Source: Vicugna vicugna (taxonomy: Eukaryota). From it: a stretch of DNA of 64,000 nt. The position numbers and the translations under genes were made by a program. The stretch covers positions 1 through 64,000 of the forward strand of contig MU057403.1 in the NCBI GenBank assembly GCA_013265495.1, given 5' to 3'. Below are positions 50,965 to 64,000 of this stretch, one piece after another (position 1 is the stretch's first letter; each line of letters starts with the position of its first letter). The notes under the pieces are model-generated. The model was given only the letters and a program-made list of their open reading frames with translations, was not told the DNA's origin and made no database searches.

Positions 50965-52055
50965 CTCATAGCTTTAGCACCGTAAGGGAAACCATCAACA
51001 AAATGAGAAGACAACCTACTGAATGGGAGAATATTTGCAAATGGTATGATTGATAACAGGTTAAGACCCAACGTATATAAACACTCATACAACTCAACAT
51101 CAAAAAACAAACAACCCAACTCAAAAATGGGCAAAAGACCTGAATAGACAATTTTCCAAAGAAGACATGCAGATGACCAACAGGTACATGAAAAGACATT
51201 CAACTTTGCTAATCATCAGGGAAATGCAAATCAAAATCATAATGAGATATCACTTCACACATGTCAGAATGGTCATCATCAAAAAGATCACAAATAACGA
51301 ACATTGGCAAGGATGTGGGAAAAGGGGAACCCTTGTACACTGTTGCTGGGAATGTATATTCATGCAGTCACTGTGGAAAACAGTATGGAGATTTCTCAAA
51401 AAAAAAAAAACCTAAAAGTAGAATTACCATATGACCCAGCAATTCCTCTCCTAGATATATATCTGAATGAAACAAAAATACATAATTTGAAAAGATACAT
51501 GCACCCCAATGTTCATAGCAGCATTATTTACAATTATGGAAATACAGCTATGGAAGCAACCTAAAAGTCCATTAACATATGAATACATAAAGAAGATGTG
51601 GCGTATATACATACAATGGAATACTACTCAGCCATAAAAAAGAATGAAATTTTGCCATTAGCAACAACATGGATGGACTTGGAAGGCATTATGCTAAGTG
51701 AAATAAGTCAGACAGAGAAAGACAAACACTGTATGATATAACTTATATGTGGAATCTAAAAAATAAAACAAATGAATATCAATAACAAAAAAAGAAGCAG
51801 ACTCATAGATACAGAGAACAAACTAGTGGTTATTGGTGGAGAGAGTGGGAGATAGAGGTAGGGGATTAAGAGGCATAAATTTTTAGGTATAAAAGAAGCT
51901 ACAAGAATATATTGTACAACACAGGGAATATAACCAATATTTTGCAACTATTAATGGAGTATAACCTTTAAAAATTGTGAATCACTATACTGTACACCTG
52001 TAATTTGTATAATATTATATATCAACTATACTTTCATAAAAAAATCCAAAAAATG
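50965..52055 (+). mobile_element. L1 3' end (ORF2 C-terminus and 3' UTR)
   Basis: Peptide '[23 protein letters not shown]...[10 protein letters not shown]'. Confidence 0.9.
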
Positions 52056-53944
52056 ATCTTTTATGCCTGGACCCCCATTAGACTGTGCACTTCTTGTTGA
52101 TAAACACTGTTTCTTACCCAGATTTGAATCTCCAGGACCTAGCTCAATGCATGGCATGTACATTAGATGCTCAAGGAATATTTGATAAATGAATGTGTAA
52201 ATATACAGATACGTGAGTGAATTACTGCAAATGGATGAATCAAGACTCTTCCAGTTTCTAGAGATATCATCTTTGTTTTTAGAGTTCCAGTTATAGATGC
52301 TTCACGTTGTTTTGAGTTCAACTGGAAGAAATATACTTAAGTCTCTTCCAGCTGCTGAATTCTGATGAAAACCTGAAGCAACTGTAAAGGCACTGAGGAG
52401 ACCCCTTTAACAGTTAATCCTCAGATAGAATTTCTGATTAAAAAATGAAAACAAATCAACTTCAACAACCAATACCAAAAATAAATGCAAAAAGCAAACA
52501 AAACAAATATTACCCTTCTCCATCCCCACTACCACAAAAAAATTCTCAATATTTTAGTACTGTGTTTGGGTACATGGATAAACACAGATGACTTACTTAT
52601 TTGATTGTATGTTTAGGAGTATAATATGAGGGTGTGACGTATAATACTCAGTACCCTGCCAAATACAGAGGGGTTCCTGAAAAGACAAGACATTTAAGTC
52701 TGAGATACATGTGGTTTGAAGTCCAAAATATTTTCTATGAAAATGCAACTCTGAATTAGAATGAAAATGACTGGTACAAAGGATTTGTAAATCACTGTCA
52801 CTCATGTATTTTTCATCTTCCATTCTAATTCTCTCTTACGTCTTTCTCTTGTATCTTGTGAAAATATAGGTTTATCCAGGAAGGGATATATACTTGAAGG
52901 AACTTCTTTACTCTAGCTGGCCACCCACTGCTTTGACACTGTAGTCAACACTTCCATTGGAACTTCCTCAAATGGAATATGCTTTGTTCTTACCAAGAAA
53001 ATAAAACAATTTGTTTTCTATTGTGTTAGGTGTGAGATGGTGTTGTTTGTGCTCCGCAAGCTTTCCCACAATTGCCCACCTCTAGTGTCCTGTTTCTTTC
53101 TACCTGCCGCCTAAGTTGGGGTATTGGAAACTCCATCTTATCTCCTACCCAATATGCTGGGTACGTGTACAAATACAGATAATTTATCTACTGATTGTAT
53201 GTTGAGAGTATCATATGAGGATGTGAAGTATAAAGCTCAGCACCCTGCCAAATACAGAGGTTTTCCTGAAAAGATAAGGCATTGAAGTCTTATTTCTTCT
53301 TCTTAGTTTCCTTTGCATTATGGACTTTCTGGAAAACCTAGCTATTTTCTTCCTAAGAAAAAAAGGCATCAACACAAATGGATATAATATTTTGCATGCA
53401 ATTTGGAGACCCTCAATGACCCCATTAATGCCACCTAAGGAGTCCTCTTTAGGGACCCGAGGTAAGGAATTTAAGCCCGTGAGCAACATCTTGGGACAGG
53501 AAAGGGTGAGCTGGGGGCATGGTAGCTGTGTGAAACGTGACACCTCCAACGTATTTCACAATGAACGTAAAGCTTTATCTAAGGCAAAACATTTTAAGCA
53601 AAAAAGGAATTGTTAAAGTGAAGAAAAGATATTTAGAGACCTAATTTCCAATAACAATGCCTTTGATAGTTGAGCTGAAGACAAATCAGTGTTACAGGGG
53701 TAAGACCTAGAGGAACTAAGCAAGTCATTATGGTAAAAACATCGTTTTATGCATAGTGTTTCCATAACCTACTTTTCCGAACAGATGAAGAGTTGAAAGA
53801 ATTCCTCTACTAATAATATCATTTATTTTCAGAGTAAAGTTAAGTAGAAAGTAAATGGATAAATAAATCACGGTTAAAAGAAAATTTACACTTACCAAGA
53901 TCACCAAAATACAAATCTATTAAAAATAGACCTTGTCTTTGAGG

Positions 53945-53950
53945 TTTATT
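53945..53950 (-). terminator. MRC1: Probable MRC1 polyadenylation signal AATAAA
   Basis: TTTATT on plus, ~660 nt past the stop codon; context GTGAAATAAAC...AAGACAAGGTCTATTTTTAATAG resembles the recalled MRC1 mRNA end. Confidence 0.6.
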
Positions 53951-54609
53951 TCACATTATCTAAGTACATCCAGTTATGCAAATTTACATTTTTTAATTTC
54001 ACATCTTTGCATTCCTGATATACATAAAACAGGACAAAGAACACATTTGCAATATTCAGCCTGGACAATCCTGCTTGGGGCAAACAAGATACTCAGCTGC
54101 CTTATTTCTGCACATGTACAAATACAATTCTAAATAGCTGGAGTAAAACTCAAGTTTGGTCAAAGAAAAGAAGTGTCTAAATATTTGTGTCACCTGAGGT
54201 TATCTGTACTTGATTTTTAAAACAGTCTCCTAAGTACTGAATAACTATTCAATGAGTAACATTTCTTTGAGACCTCCTTAAATTTTCTGGAAGCTTAATT
54301 GGTTGTTTCTGGGGTTCTTGTACTCTGTTTGCATTTGATACTAGCTTCACACCAATGCTGTGTATTCACCTAAGATATTTTTTTAACATAGTCGTCAATA
54401 CTATTTTCCCTCTTTTGTGAAAATATCTTGCCAGGCTGAAAAATGAGAAACTATTTCTTCAATTAGGCAAAGAAAAAAAAAAAAAACAAAAGGACAGACC
54501 AGTGTAATACAGTACTAATTTTAAAGGCAATCATCACATTGAATGAAAGATCTTAACATTTTAGTTATAATCTTGTGAAATTCAAATATATCTAAATCCC
54601 ATCATGATA

Positions 54610-54860
54610 CTAGATGACCATGTGTTCATTCTGTTCAATGTTACCCACGAGATCTTTGGTATCACTAGTTCCTGGACTTGATCCACTGTTGAAATAGAGA
54701 GTGTTTTCAAAAGTGTCCTCTCGAGGTAAGTGCACACCTCTTTTCTTATAAAAGAAATACGCAGCGAGGCCAGCACCTAGCAAGATCAGGAGGACCATGA
54801 TGACCACTACTCCTGCCACGCTGGAAGACGGTTTGGAAGGACTCATCTTCCGTGGGTCGG
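54610..54860 (-). CDS. MRC1: MRC1 last exon: transmembrane segment and cytoplasmic tail
   Basis: ADPRKMSPSKPSSSVAGVVVIMVLLILLGAGLAAYFFYKKR...FENTLYFN...EQNEHMVI*; acceptor tttatag|; FENTLY endocytosis motif. Confidence 0.95.
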
Positions 54861-55763
54861 CTATAAATAAATAAAATGATTAGGAAAAAACTGGAAGGAG
54901 GCAGAGAATAGAATGCTATGCAGAACACTACAACTTTCTTCTTTGAAAAACTAAAATGCGTGAATACTCTTTCAAGTGTCATTTGCCAAATAGAAATGCA
55001 GGATATGAAAACAGGAGTCCACGTGGCATAGGGGATTATTTTAAATGTGAAGATGATTATTTCTTTGCAAAGAATATTTCATATATCTATACAGCACTGA
55101 GTTAGTCGATGTTTTAAAATATTTGTTTCAAAATAATTGAAGGCTGCTTACAAATACGTTATATGAAGATAAATGGAATAGTAATAATAATGATAATGAC
55201 AATGAAAAGCAAAGGAGAAAATGAGGGAAAAAAGAAAATAAGAGTAGTGGACATTTGAATGCAAAAGTATTTGTTAAAAAAAAAAAAGCACCCATGAAGT
55301 TAATAAAGGGGGCTGCAGGCAAGCCATAACTCTCAATTTGAAGTTTTTTTTAAGCAGAAGACAAAGTGAATGAAAGAGGATCAGTTCCTTATTCAAACTG
55401 TCCATAAAACTAAAATTTAAAACACTGCTTAAAAAAGAAAAGAAAAGAAAAAAAAATCACAGAGATTCCTGAGAGAAATTTCTTCCACGGGTTATTATAG
55501 GGCAGCTCTTAACAGAGCCGTCAATGTCTTCAATAACATCTATGATGCAAACACCAACCCGACCCCAAGGCCTGCTTTTCTAGAGCGTCATTCAAGGGAG
55601 GTCAACGACCCAGTGACAAAGGCTATTGCATAGCTCAAGCCATTCTGCTGAGAGGGCGGCGGTGGGGTGGGGTGTGCAGGAAGGGATTATCATGGTTTTT
55701 AAAACAAACAGAATGTATCCATGCATCACTAATACGGAACTTAAAATTTCATAATGGTCTTAC

Positions 55764-55805
55764 CTTTTGTTGTAAGTAACGTATGAGTAGGTTCGGCATC
55801 AACAA
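55764..55805 (-). CDS. MRC1: MRC1 penultimate exon (42 nt, IVDAEPTHTLLTTK)
   Basis: aacag| ... AAG|gtaag, in phase with flanking exons. Confidence 0.9.
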
Positions 55806-56903
55806 CTGTTTGTAAAATAAGAAAATAATTAAATGCTTGTAAAAATCCATAATAAATGCTTGTAGTTAGTGAGCATTATTTGGTTCACAAATATATCCAA
55901 TCATCTATGTTTCGTATGGTGATATATGATATAGGCAGATCACAAATAGATGATTAATGATAGATCATGATAGACAGATAGATCTATACATCTGTATAGA
56001 TATGCAGATTCTATCTATCTATCCATCCATCCATCCAACTATCTATTTATCCAACCATCCATCCATCCTATACCAGCATCCTAAAGCTATATGGTGAGTT
56101 TGAATACACTGGAAAATCAAAAATATGATCTTCCAAGTTGCATTTGAGCCATTGATACTCAACCTCAAAATCTTCCCAATCTATCCATCAATAATGTATC
56201 CTAGGCTAGCTGTTTTGAAATTGGCCCACTTGTAAAATGTTACAAGGCCTGTGAATGAAAAATAAAAAGATTCCAGCATTGTACCAAAGGGTATGGTGTC
56301 TTGGAATAGAGCTCGAAAACAGTGAAGAACTACATGATTCTAAAATATTCTAAAATAAAATCTAATGGGGATGCAGTGCTAATTTACATAATTCATTTAC
56401 TTATATCTATTACCTAATTAACAAAACGCTATTAATTCTCCCAGTCCCTGTCCTTACATAGTCTGTCACTCAGTCTCAGGAGATGTAACTGGTCTTATAT
56501 AATTTATTCCTTAATAAATAAATTCTCATTCCTCCCCAGAATAATCGCCTCTTCTAGTCTGGCCAGGGTAAGTGTTTCACCCTTTTTCTCTCATGCCATA
56601 AGGCTCTGTAGGCTGTTTCTCCAAACGTCTTGCAACTTTGCAAACCCATATGCATGGATATCCCACTATAAATGTTTCGATATACCAAAATCATTACGTC
56701 GGCCAAGCAGACAAAGAGTGTTTTGTGCTCACTCCAAGCTGCAAACAGCAATTGCTCACCACAGCAGACTGCATTTACACTTACAAAGGGGGAGAGCTTG
56801 CAAGAAACCTGCAATCACATGATTATCCCACACCTGATGCCTTAATATTTGAAAGAAACCATAGCCTGGAAACGGATGCCCTATAAGACAAATTCTTACT
56901 TAC

Positions 56904-57068
56904 TTTTTGGTCTTTTACAAATATATCCTTTGTAGGAAGAACAGTGAATATTACTCCAAAACCCAGAAGATGCATACAGAGATACACAATCATTTCTTTC
57001 CCCAGAGGGATCGCCTGTGTTCCAGTTGACAAAGGAAACTGGATTGTTGTTTACCCACAGCCACGATC
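56904..57068 (-). CDS. MRC1: MRC1 exon (165 nt), C-terminal part of the last C-type lectin domain
   Basis: SWLWVNNNPVSFVNWNTGDPSGERNDCVSLYASSGFWSNIHCSSYKGYICKRPK; AG/GT boundaries. Confidence 0.93.
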
Positions 57069-57587
57069 CTGATTATCAGACAAAGCCAATAAAAACAGAA
57101 GTTAAAACTAACCCACCTTAAAATAATTTCAACTTATTCATGCAAAATTTCTAAGCATAGCGTTTTATACCACAATCGAACGTTGCTTACAACCAGACTT
57201 TTCATAGGCAGGGTTGTAATAAATAATCATTACAAGGAAGGAGAATATGTTTGTTACATAGTTGAAAATGTATTCCTCATGGGTATAAATATGCGAACAT
57301 CCTTCCCTAAATTTTTTTTTTCCTGGCAAAAGGTAGAAAACATTTTTTAAACCTTCTTAAACTGACTTACCTACAGTAGATATTCTTTTAATCAGCAACT
57401 TTCAAGACAGCATAATATGTGAGTCATTTAAATTTTCAGTCCTATCTCAAGTGAAAATATGAGTTTGAATTTTCAAACTCTTCACAAATTAATCATTATT
57501 TAAGGGAAGACATTCTAGAACGGAAAACTTGTTTTACCTACAACATTTTGAAATATTCACGATTCAGTAGTCATTCTGCAAAATTAC

Positions 57588-57701
57588 CTTCCACATTTCT
57601 GTACAATCCTATCCAAAAATTGGTTTTGCTTTGAAGTGGCTCAACTCGATATGACAGGAAACTCGACTCGGCAGCACTTTCAATGGAAACCAGAGAGGAA
57701 C
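57588..57701 (-). CDS. MRC1: MRC1 exon (114 nt), middle of the last C-type lectin domain
   Basis: GSSLVSIESAAESSFLSYRVEPLQSKTNFWIGLYRNVE; ttgtag| and G|gtaat. Confidence 0.93.
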
Positions 57702-59089
57702 CTACAAAATACAAAAGAATAAATATGATGGAAGTATATTTAAGTAGTTGAAAATATTTTTATAATGATAATATTTTGACTGATTAAGAGCAATGTTTTT
57801 ATTTTTCATCCCCAAAATCTCCACGTAAGGGGTCGAATTTCAAAGAGTGGCCATTTGTCTTCTAAGAATTTTTAGTTTCCATTCTGAAAATATGATTTTT
57901 TTCCAGCGCCATTTGTGCACAAGCACTGAACGACTCACTGCAAGATAATCAAAGACAAGTAGGACGTCGAATATCTTAAGAAGGTTATGGTTCAGTGGGT
58001 AGTAATGGGTTGAGCGTATAAAGGAATGTATTAGAAGGAAAAATAAATACAATATGCTATTGACATGTCAAACGGGGAAGATTTGTTTCGGGGGAAACAA
58101 ATAAAAGGGAGCACGGAAGAAATAGATTTTAAGACATTAAGGAGCATAGGATTTCAAGTAGAAAGAATAGAAAATAATTCTAGAGAGAAAAGGAATAAGA
58201 GAAAATATCAAGGGAGAGGGAAGCATAGAGCTTCTTCAGGAAAAGAGATGGCTCACAGATGCTTGGGATTCTCCACATTTGGTTTATGGTGACATGTTAT
58301 GATACAGGTGGATGATAGATAGACAGACACACAGATAGGACAATCTATTGAGGCAAATGAATAGTATTAATAGACAGCTCAGATTGGCTGGACTAATCTG
58401 GTCAATGGGTGAAAAAAAGACTTGGGTTAGGCCTCAGTACAGATGGCAGGAGACATATTTAGGGTAATGTGGTGACAAAAAACACTTAGTTTTTTCAGGC
58501 AACAGAATGATGCAATGCACTACAGGAGTAATAACCCAGCCGTTATGCATATAGGACTGTGCAGAGAAGAGGGAGGTAATGGGAAGTGTGCTTAGATGAC
58601 TATAGCATTGACAAGTCAATCAAAGATGGACTCAGGGCCAGCATTATATTTTATAGTAAAATTCTCTAGCTTTTAAATAATAACAAGTTAAAACCTATTT
58701 TAAGCAGCTCATGCCACAGACATTTTGCTTTGGGCTTTACAAGCATAATCTCACTAAAACTGTACAACAACTTCATTCAGTTGGTACTTCTGTTACCCCA
58801 CTTTACAGATAAGGAATCTAAAGTCCAGAGGGCAAGTAATTTGCGAACATCCTAATGTTCGTTGAGGGCAAAGTCATGGCATGACCCAGGCATTCTGAAT
58901 CTTGAGGACCTATATTTAACCAAAAATCTGAACCCCCTGTGACAGGGCCTTGGATTATTCCCTTGATGATTGTGTTCATTGCACAATTTCATATTCCATT
59001 ATTAAATACACTTCACAGATGGTAGCCATTTCAATATATCTGTGACCCATTTTGATGAATGAGAATCATTCATTTTATTTACAGGAAAA

Positions 59090-62000
59090 TATATGGTGAC
59101 TCCTACATATAGGGCAACTGAGAAAACACCCACATCTAAATGAGCAGGAAAGGCTGAGACACACTCTCTTCATAAAGCCTACCCCCAGCCCAGTTTCATA
59201 CAATCAGGAGGGAGCCTCTAATTGCCAGCTTCTCCCTGAAGAGAAAAGGGTTTGGACCACACATCTAACACTCCAAATTTTAAGGTTCCCCCACTGAGGG
59301 ATAGGCTCCCCAAACACCTAACTCTGGAAGCTAATGGGGTTTGCAGCCATGAGACCTGTAAGACCACAGAAAACAAAGCAGGAGTTCTTAATGGGCACGA
59401 AGCACTTGCCGCAGCTATTCTCCCAGGACTCAGCTAAGGAACAGACAAAAATGTCCATCTCTCAGTCTTTCCCTGGAAAAGGATTGACTGCATGCTTTAC
59501 AACTTGCTGCAGAGGAGTGGGAGGGAGGGATCCAGCTATTAATTTTCATGCAGCAAGGGACTGGCTGTGACCCTCCCAGGGGAGCTGGTGTGCATGTCTG
59601 CCACCTTCTTCCTCTGACTTGCTGCAGTGATAAAATCAGGTCACCAACAGGTCTCTGGAAGGAGCTTGGACACACACCTGGTTTATACACTTTCCCAGAT
59701 GCTGTGTGGGGGTCCAGCTTCTAATCAACTGCTCTCAAGTGCTAACTATCATACTCTCTTTTGGGACATGATCAGGTACTGGCACACCCTCAACTACAGG
59801 GAGCCAGTAAAAACAAAGACAACAGCTTGTATAGCTACAAACCTTTGAGAGACAAACAGGAGCTTGGGTTGGGTTGATTGATGAGGTTCATCTCCTATCC
59901 AAGACCACTTTCAAAACTGGAAGAGGCATCTGTTTTATATAATGTACAGAAACCAATGCAGAAGTGAAGGAAAATAAAGAAAAAGCAAAATATGTTCCAA
60001 ACAAAATACATATCCAAATGGATATTAGTGAAACAGAGATAAGTGATTTAGCCAGTAGAGAATTCAAAATAACAGTTACAGACATGCTTAATGAGGTCAG
60101 GAAAGCAGTGCATGAAAAAAGCAAGAATTTCAACAAAGGGAGAGAAATTATTAAAAAGTACCGAAGAGCAATCACAAAGCTGAAGAATACAATAACTGAA
60201 CTAAAAAGTTCAGTAGAGGTGTTCAACAGCAGACTAGATAAACAGTAAGCTCAAAGAAAGACAGGCAAATATATCCAAAGAAGCAAAAAAAAAAAAAAAC
60301 AAACAAGAATGAAAAAGAGTGAAGCTAGCTTAAAGGACTTATGAGACAAGAGTAATATATACATTATAGGGATTCAAGAAGGAGAAGAGAGAGAGATGGG
60401 GGCAGAAAGCTTATTCAAAGAAACAAAATTTCCCTAATCTGGAAAAAAGAAACAGACATCCAGATTCAGGAACCAGGAGCACCAAATATAATGACTCTAA
60501 AGAGACCAACACTGAGACACATTACAATTAAATCAAACATTAAAGACAGAGAGATTTGTAAAAATAGCAAAAGGAAAGCATCTTGTTACACATAAGGGGA
60601 CCCCTATAAGATTACAAACAAATTTTTCAGCAGAAACTTTGCAGACCTGAAGGGAGTGAGAAGGTATATTTAAAGTGCTTAGAGAAAAAAGCTTCCAGCA
60701 AAAAATACTCTACCTACAAAGGTGACATTCAGAATTAAATGAGAGATAAAGAGTTTTCCAAACAAAAGCTGAGAGAGTTCATCACCAATAGACCGGTCTC
60801 ATAAGAAATGTTAAAGGGAATTATTCAAGATGAAATGAAAGGACACTAATTAGTTACATGAAAATGTTTGAAAATATAAAACTCAATGGTAAGGGTAAAT
60901 ACATTTAAAAATCCAGAATATTCTGATATTATAATGGTGGTGGTAAATCACCTATTAACTCTAGTATAAGGGTTAAAAGACAAAAGTATTAAAATAAATA
61001 TAAATATAATAATTTGTTAATGGATATACAATATAAAAAAGATGTAAACTGTGACATCAAAAACATAAAAGGTGGGGAGAATGTAAAAATATAGAGTTTT
61101 TTCATATGTTCAAAGTTAAATTGTTTTCAGCTTTAAATACACTCTGTAAGATATTTCATATAAGTTTCATGGTAACCACACAACAAAACCTATAGTAGAT
61201 ATAAAAAATAAAAGGAATCTAAGCATACCACTATAGAAACTATCAAATCACAAAGGAAGTGAGCAGAGACAAAGAAAGGAACAAAGGAAGATCAAGATAG
61301 AAAACAATTAACAAAATGGCAATATTAAGTCCATACCTACTAAGAACTGCTATAAATGTAAATGGACTAAATTCTCCAATCAAAAAAACAAAGTGGCTTA
61401 ACAGATAAGAAAAGGAAAAAATAAAAATAAAAGCCCCAACTCTATGCTGTCTACAAAAGACTCATTCCAACTTTAGAATACACACAGGCTTAAAGTAAAG
61501 GGATAAAAAAATTATTCCATGAAAATGGTGTTGAGAAAACTAGGCAGCCATATGCAATTCTACCTATCTAACCACCATCTAACACTATACAGAAAAATCA
61601 ACTCAAAATGATTAAAGACTTGAATGTAAGACCTGAAATCATAAAAGCCCTAGAAGAAAATGTAGGTACAAAGCTCCTTGACGTTAATCTTAGTGATAAT
61701 TTTTTGTATTTGACACTAACAGCAAAGGCAAAAAAAAAAACCAAAACAAAAATAAACTGGGACTACATCAACCTAAAAAGCTTCTGCATAGCAAAGGAAA
61801 CCATCAGCAAAATGAAAAGGCAACCGACTGAATGGGAGATAATTTTTGTGAACCACATGTCTTCATAGAGGTTTAGTATCTAAAATGTACAAGGAACTTA
61901 CACAACTCATATCAGAAAAAAATAACCCAATTTTAAAAATGGGCAAAGGACATAAATAGTTATCTCTTCCCTAGTAAGACTTACAAATGGCTAAGAAGTA

Positions 62001-62900
62001 CGTGAAAAGGTTCTCAACATCACGAATCATCATGGAAATGCAAATCAAAACTGCAGTGATATATCACTTCACATGTGTATAGGCTTACACAAGATGAGAT
62101 AAATGATGGAGAGGATGAGCAGAAAAGGGAACCCTGTTAGTGTGAATGTAAGTAGGTACAGTCACTTTGGAAAACAGTACGGAGGTTCCTCAAGAAACTA
62201 AAATTAGAACTACTATATGATCCAGCAGTCCCACTTCTGGGTATATATCCAAAGGAAATAAAATCACTAGCTCAAAAAGATACCTGCACTCCACATTCAC
62301 TGCGGCATTATTCACAATAGTCAAGACATGGAAACAACATAAGTGTCCATCAACAGATGAATGGAGAAAGAAAATGCAGTATGTATATACAACGGAACAT
62401 TATTCAGCCTTAAAACGAGGGAAATTCTGCCATTTGCAACAACACTGATTAACCTGGAGGGCATTATTCTAAGAAAATAAGCCACACAGAGACAGACAAG
62501 TACTGCATAATATTACTTATATGTGGAATTAAAAAAAAAAGTCAGATTCACAGAAACAGAGAGGAAAATGGTTGTCAGGGGCTTAGAGGGTGGGGGAAAT
62601 AGGGAAATGCTGACAAAAAGTTACAAACTTTCAGTTATACGATAAATAGGGTCTTAGGATCTAATGTATAATATGATGACTACAGTTGATCATACTGTAT
62701 GGTGTAATTTGCTAAGAGATTAGAACTCACATGTTCTCAACAAAAAAGAAAAAATGTAAATATGTGATGTGATGAATATGTTAACCTGATGGGAATACTT
62801 GAATGCATATATCAAAACATCATCTTGTACACTTTAAATGTATTATAATGTTATGTCAACTACACCTCAATAAAGCTGAAAAGAAAAATAAGCATAAAAG
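59090..62900 (+). mobile_element. Internally deleted L1 (5' UTR, ORF1, partial ORF2, 3' UTR) in an MRC1 intron
   Basis: ORF1-like peptide at 59964-60248, ORF2-like peptide 'IKDLNVRPEIIKALEENVG' at 61608-61868, A-rich tail at ~62870-62920. Confidence 0.9.
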
Positions 62901-63568
62901 TAAAAAGAAGAAATAAAAACTCAAGGCTGCCTTTTGAATGAACCTGAAGGAAATGAGGATGAAACCCTTGCTCGCCACTGTTGGAATGAAGAGCCCTGAC
63001 TTAGGGTATAATCAAAATTTAGTTTAAAAAAAAATCGGTAAGATGTTCAGTGGAATTTAACTATGTAGATTTTTAAAATCACCCTGAAAAGTTATATTTG
63101 ACATTTTTATTTCAGGAGGGAAATTGTCCATCTATGCCATGTCAGTTTGGGTTTTGTTTTGTATTTATTCACAAATAAAATAACCAGATCTAAAGGCTTT
63201 TCTGTTAATGGCAAAACAAAATGGTGCCAGGGCACTCGTGAAACCTGAGCTTATCAGTGATCAGAGGTGAACATGACAGAATAACTAAAAATGAGAATCC
63301 TAACTATTTAGAATATTAGGGCAGAAAATAAGAAAGACTGATTCAGCAGGTCATTGCTTTCTACCAGAATGCTTTAACCTTTTGAGGCTCCAAGTTTTGA
63401 AATTACATTTGGGAGGTATGATGTTGACCTTTCTGTTGCAATATAAATTATTAAGAAAAATAAACCTGTATTTTTACGTTCCTTAGTTTTTTAATATAGA
63501 GTTTTACTAGGACTGGTGATCTAGAATAGACGATCATGGAATTTTCTTACAGTACATGTGGCACTTAC

Positions 63569-63718
63569 CCATTCGAAGACATTCCAGAGAAGCTTGGCCC
63601 CAGTTCCTTGTATATGAAGACTCAATATAGTAGCAGTGACCGTGGAAAGGAATCCATGCTGTGTGCTCTGACTCAGGGCATCTACCAGGCAGTTGTGGAG
63701 GCTCGGTGGCAGGGGTTT
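63569..63718 (-). CDS. MRC1: MRC1 exon (150 nt), linker and start of the last C-type lectin domain
   Basis: ETPATEPPQLPGRCPESEHTAWIPFHGHCYYIESSYTRNWGQASLECLRM; taacag| and G|gtaagt. Confidence 0.95.
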
Positions 63719-64000
63719 CTGTTAATAAAAAGACATTTAAAATAAAGTAAGACATGAAGTTTCCATAGTACGTAGAATAATATATTAGTAATTAAGGAAA
63801 ATGTCATCACTTATCATTATTAAAAAAAAAAGCTCCAGTGGTAATCATTTGGATCCACCATTTTTATTATTAAGTTTTCCTTTTACTTAAAAATTTTTTG
63901 ACTTAACATATATCTCAATAGAAGATACTATAGTATAGTAGTAATCAATCACATTCATAATCAAGAATGCAGCTCTGTAGATACCTACAAAGATGTGAAT

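Overview
Mammalian genomic window, most likely camelid (Vic-1-like tRNA-derived SINEs), homologous to the human 10p12 MRC1-SLC39A12-ARL5B neighbourhood. The right end holds the last five coding exons of MRC1 on the minus strand, all intact. SLC39A12 exons 1-2 (minus, ~24.3-26.2 kb) have an AT instead of GT donor, and I could not find exon 3. ARL5B exon 1 and its CpG island (plus, ~4.3-4.9 kb) have no downstream exons that I could find. These two orphan 5' fragments face each other, which is not the ancestral arrangement. The most unusual structure lies between SLC39A12 and MRC1: about 11 kb of foreign sequence (31801-42794) sits inside a short L1 3' fragment bounded by a 15-bp target-site duplication. 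It carries a ~7.3-kb imperfect palindrome made of two opposite arms of a ~33-bp satellite around a mirror-duplicated CpG-island core with periodic ETS motifs and symmetric splice donors. The rest is L1/L2/MIR/LTR repeats, a 19-bp G-rich minisatellite, several local duplications and a 627-N gap. Gene identities come from recalled human orthologue sequences, not from database searches.
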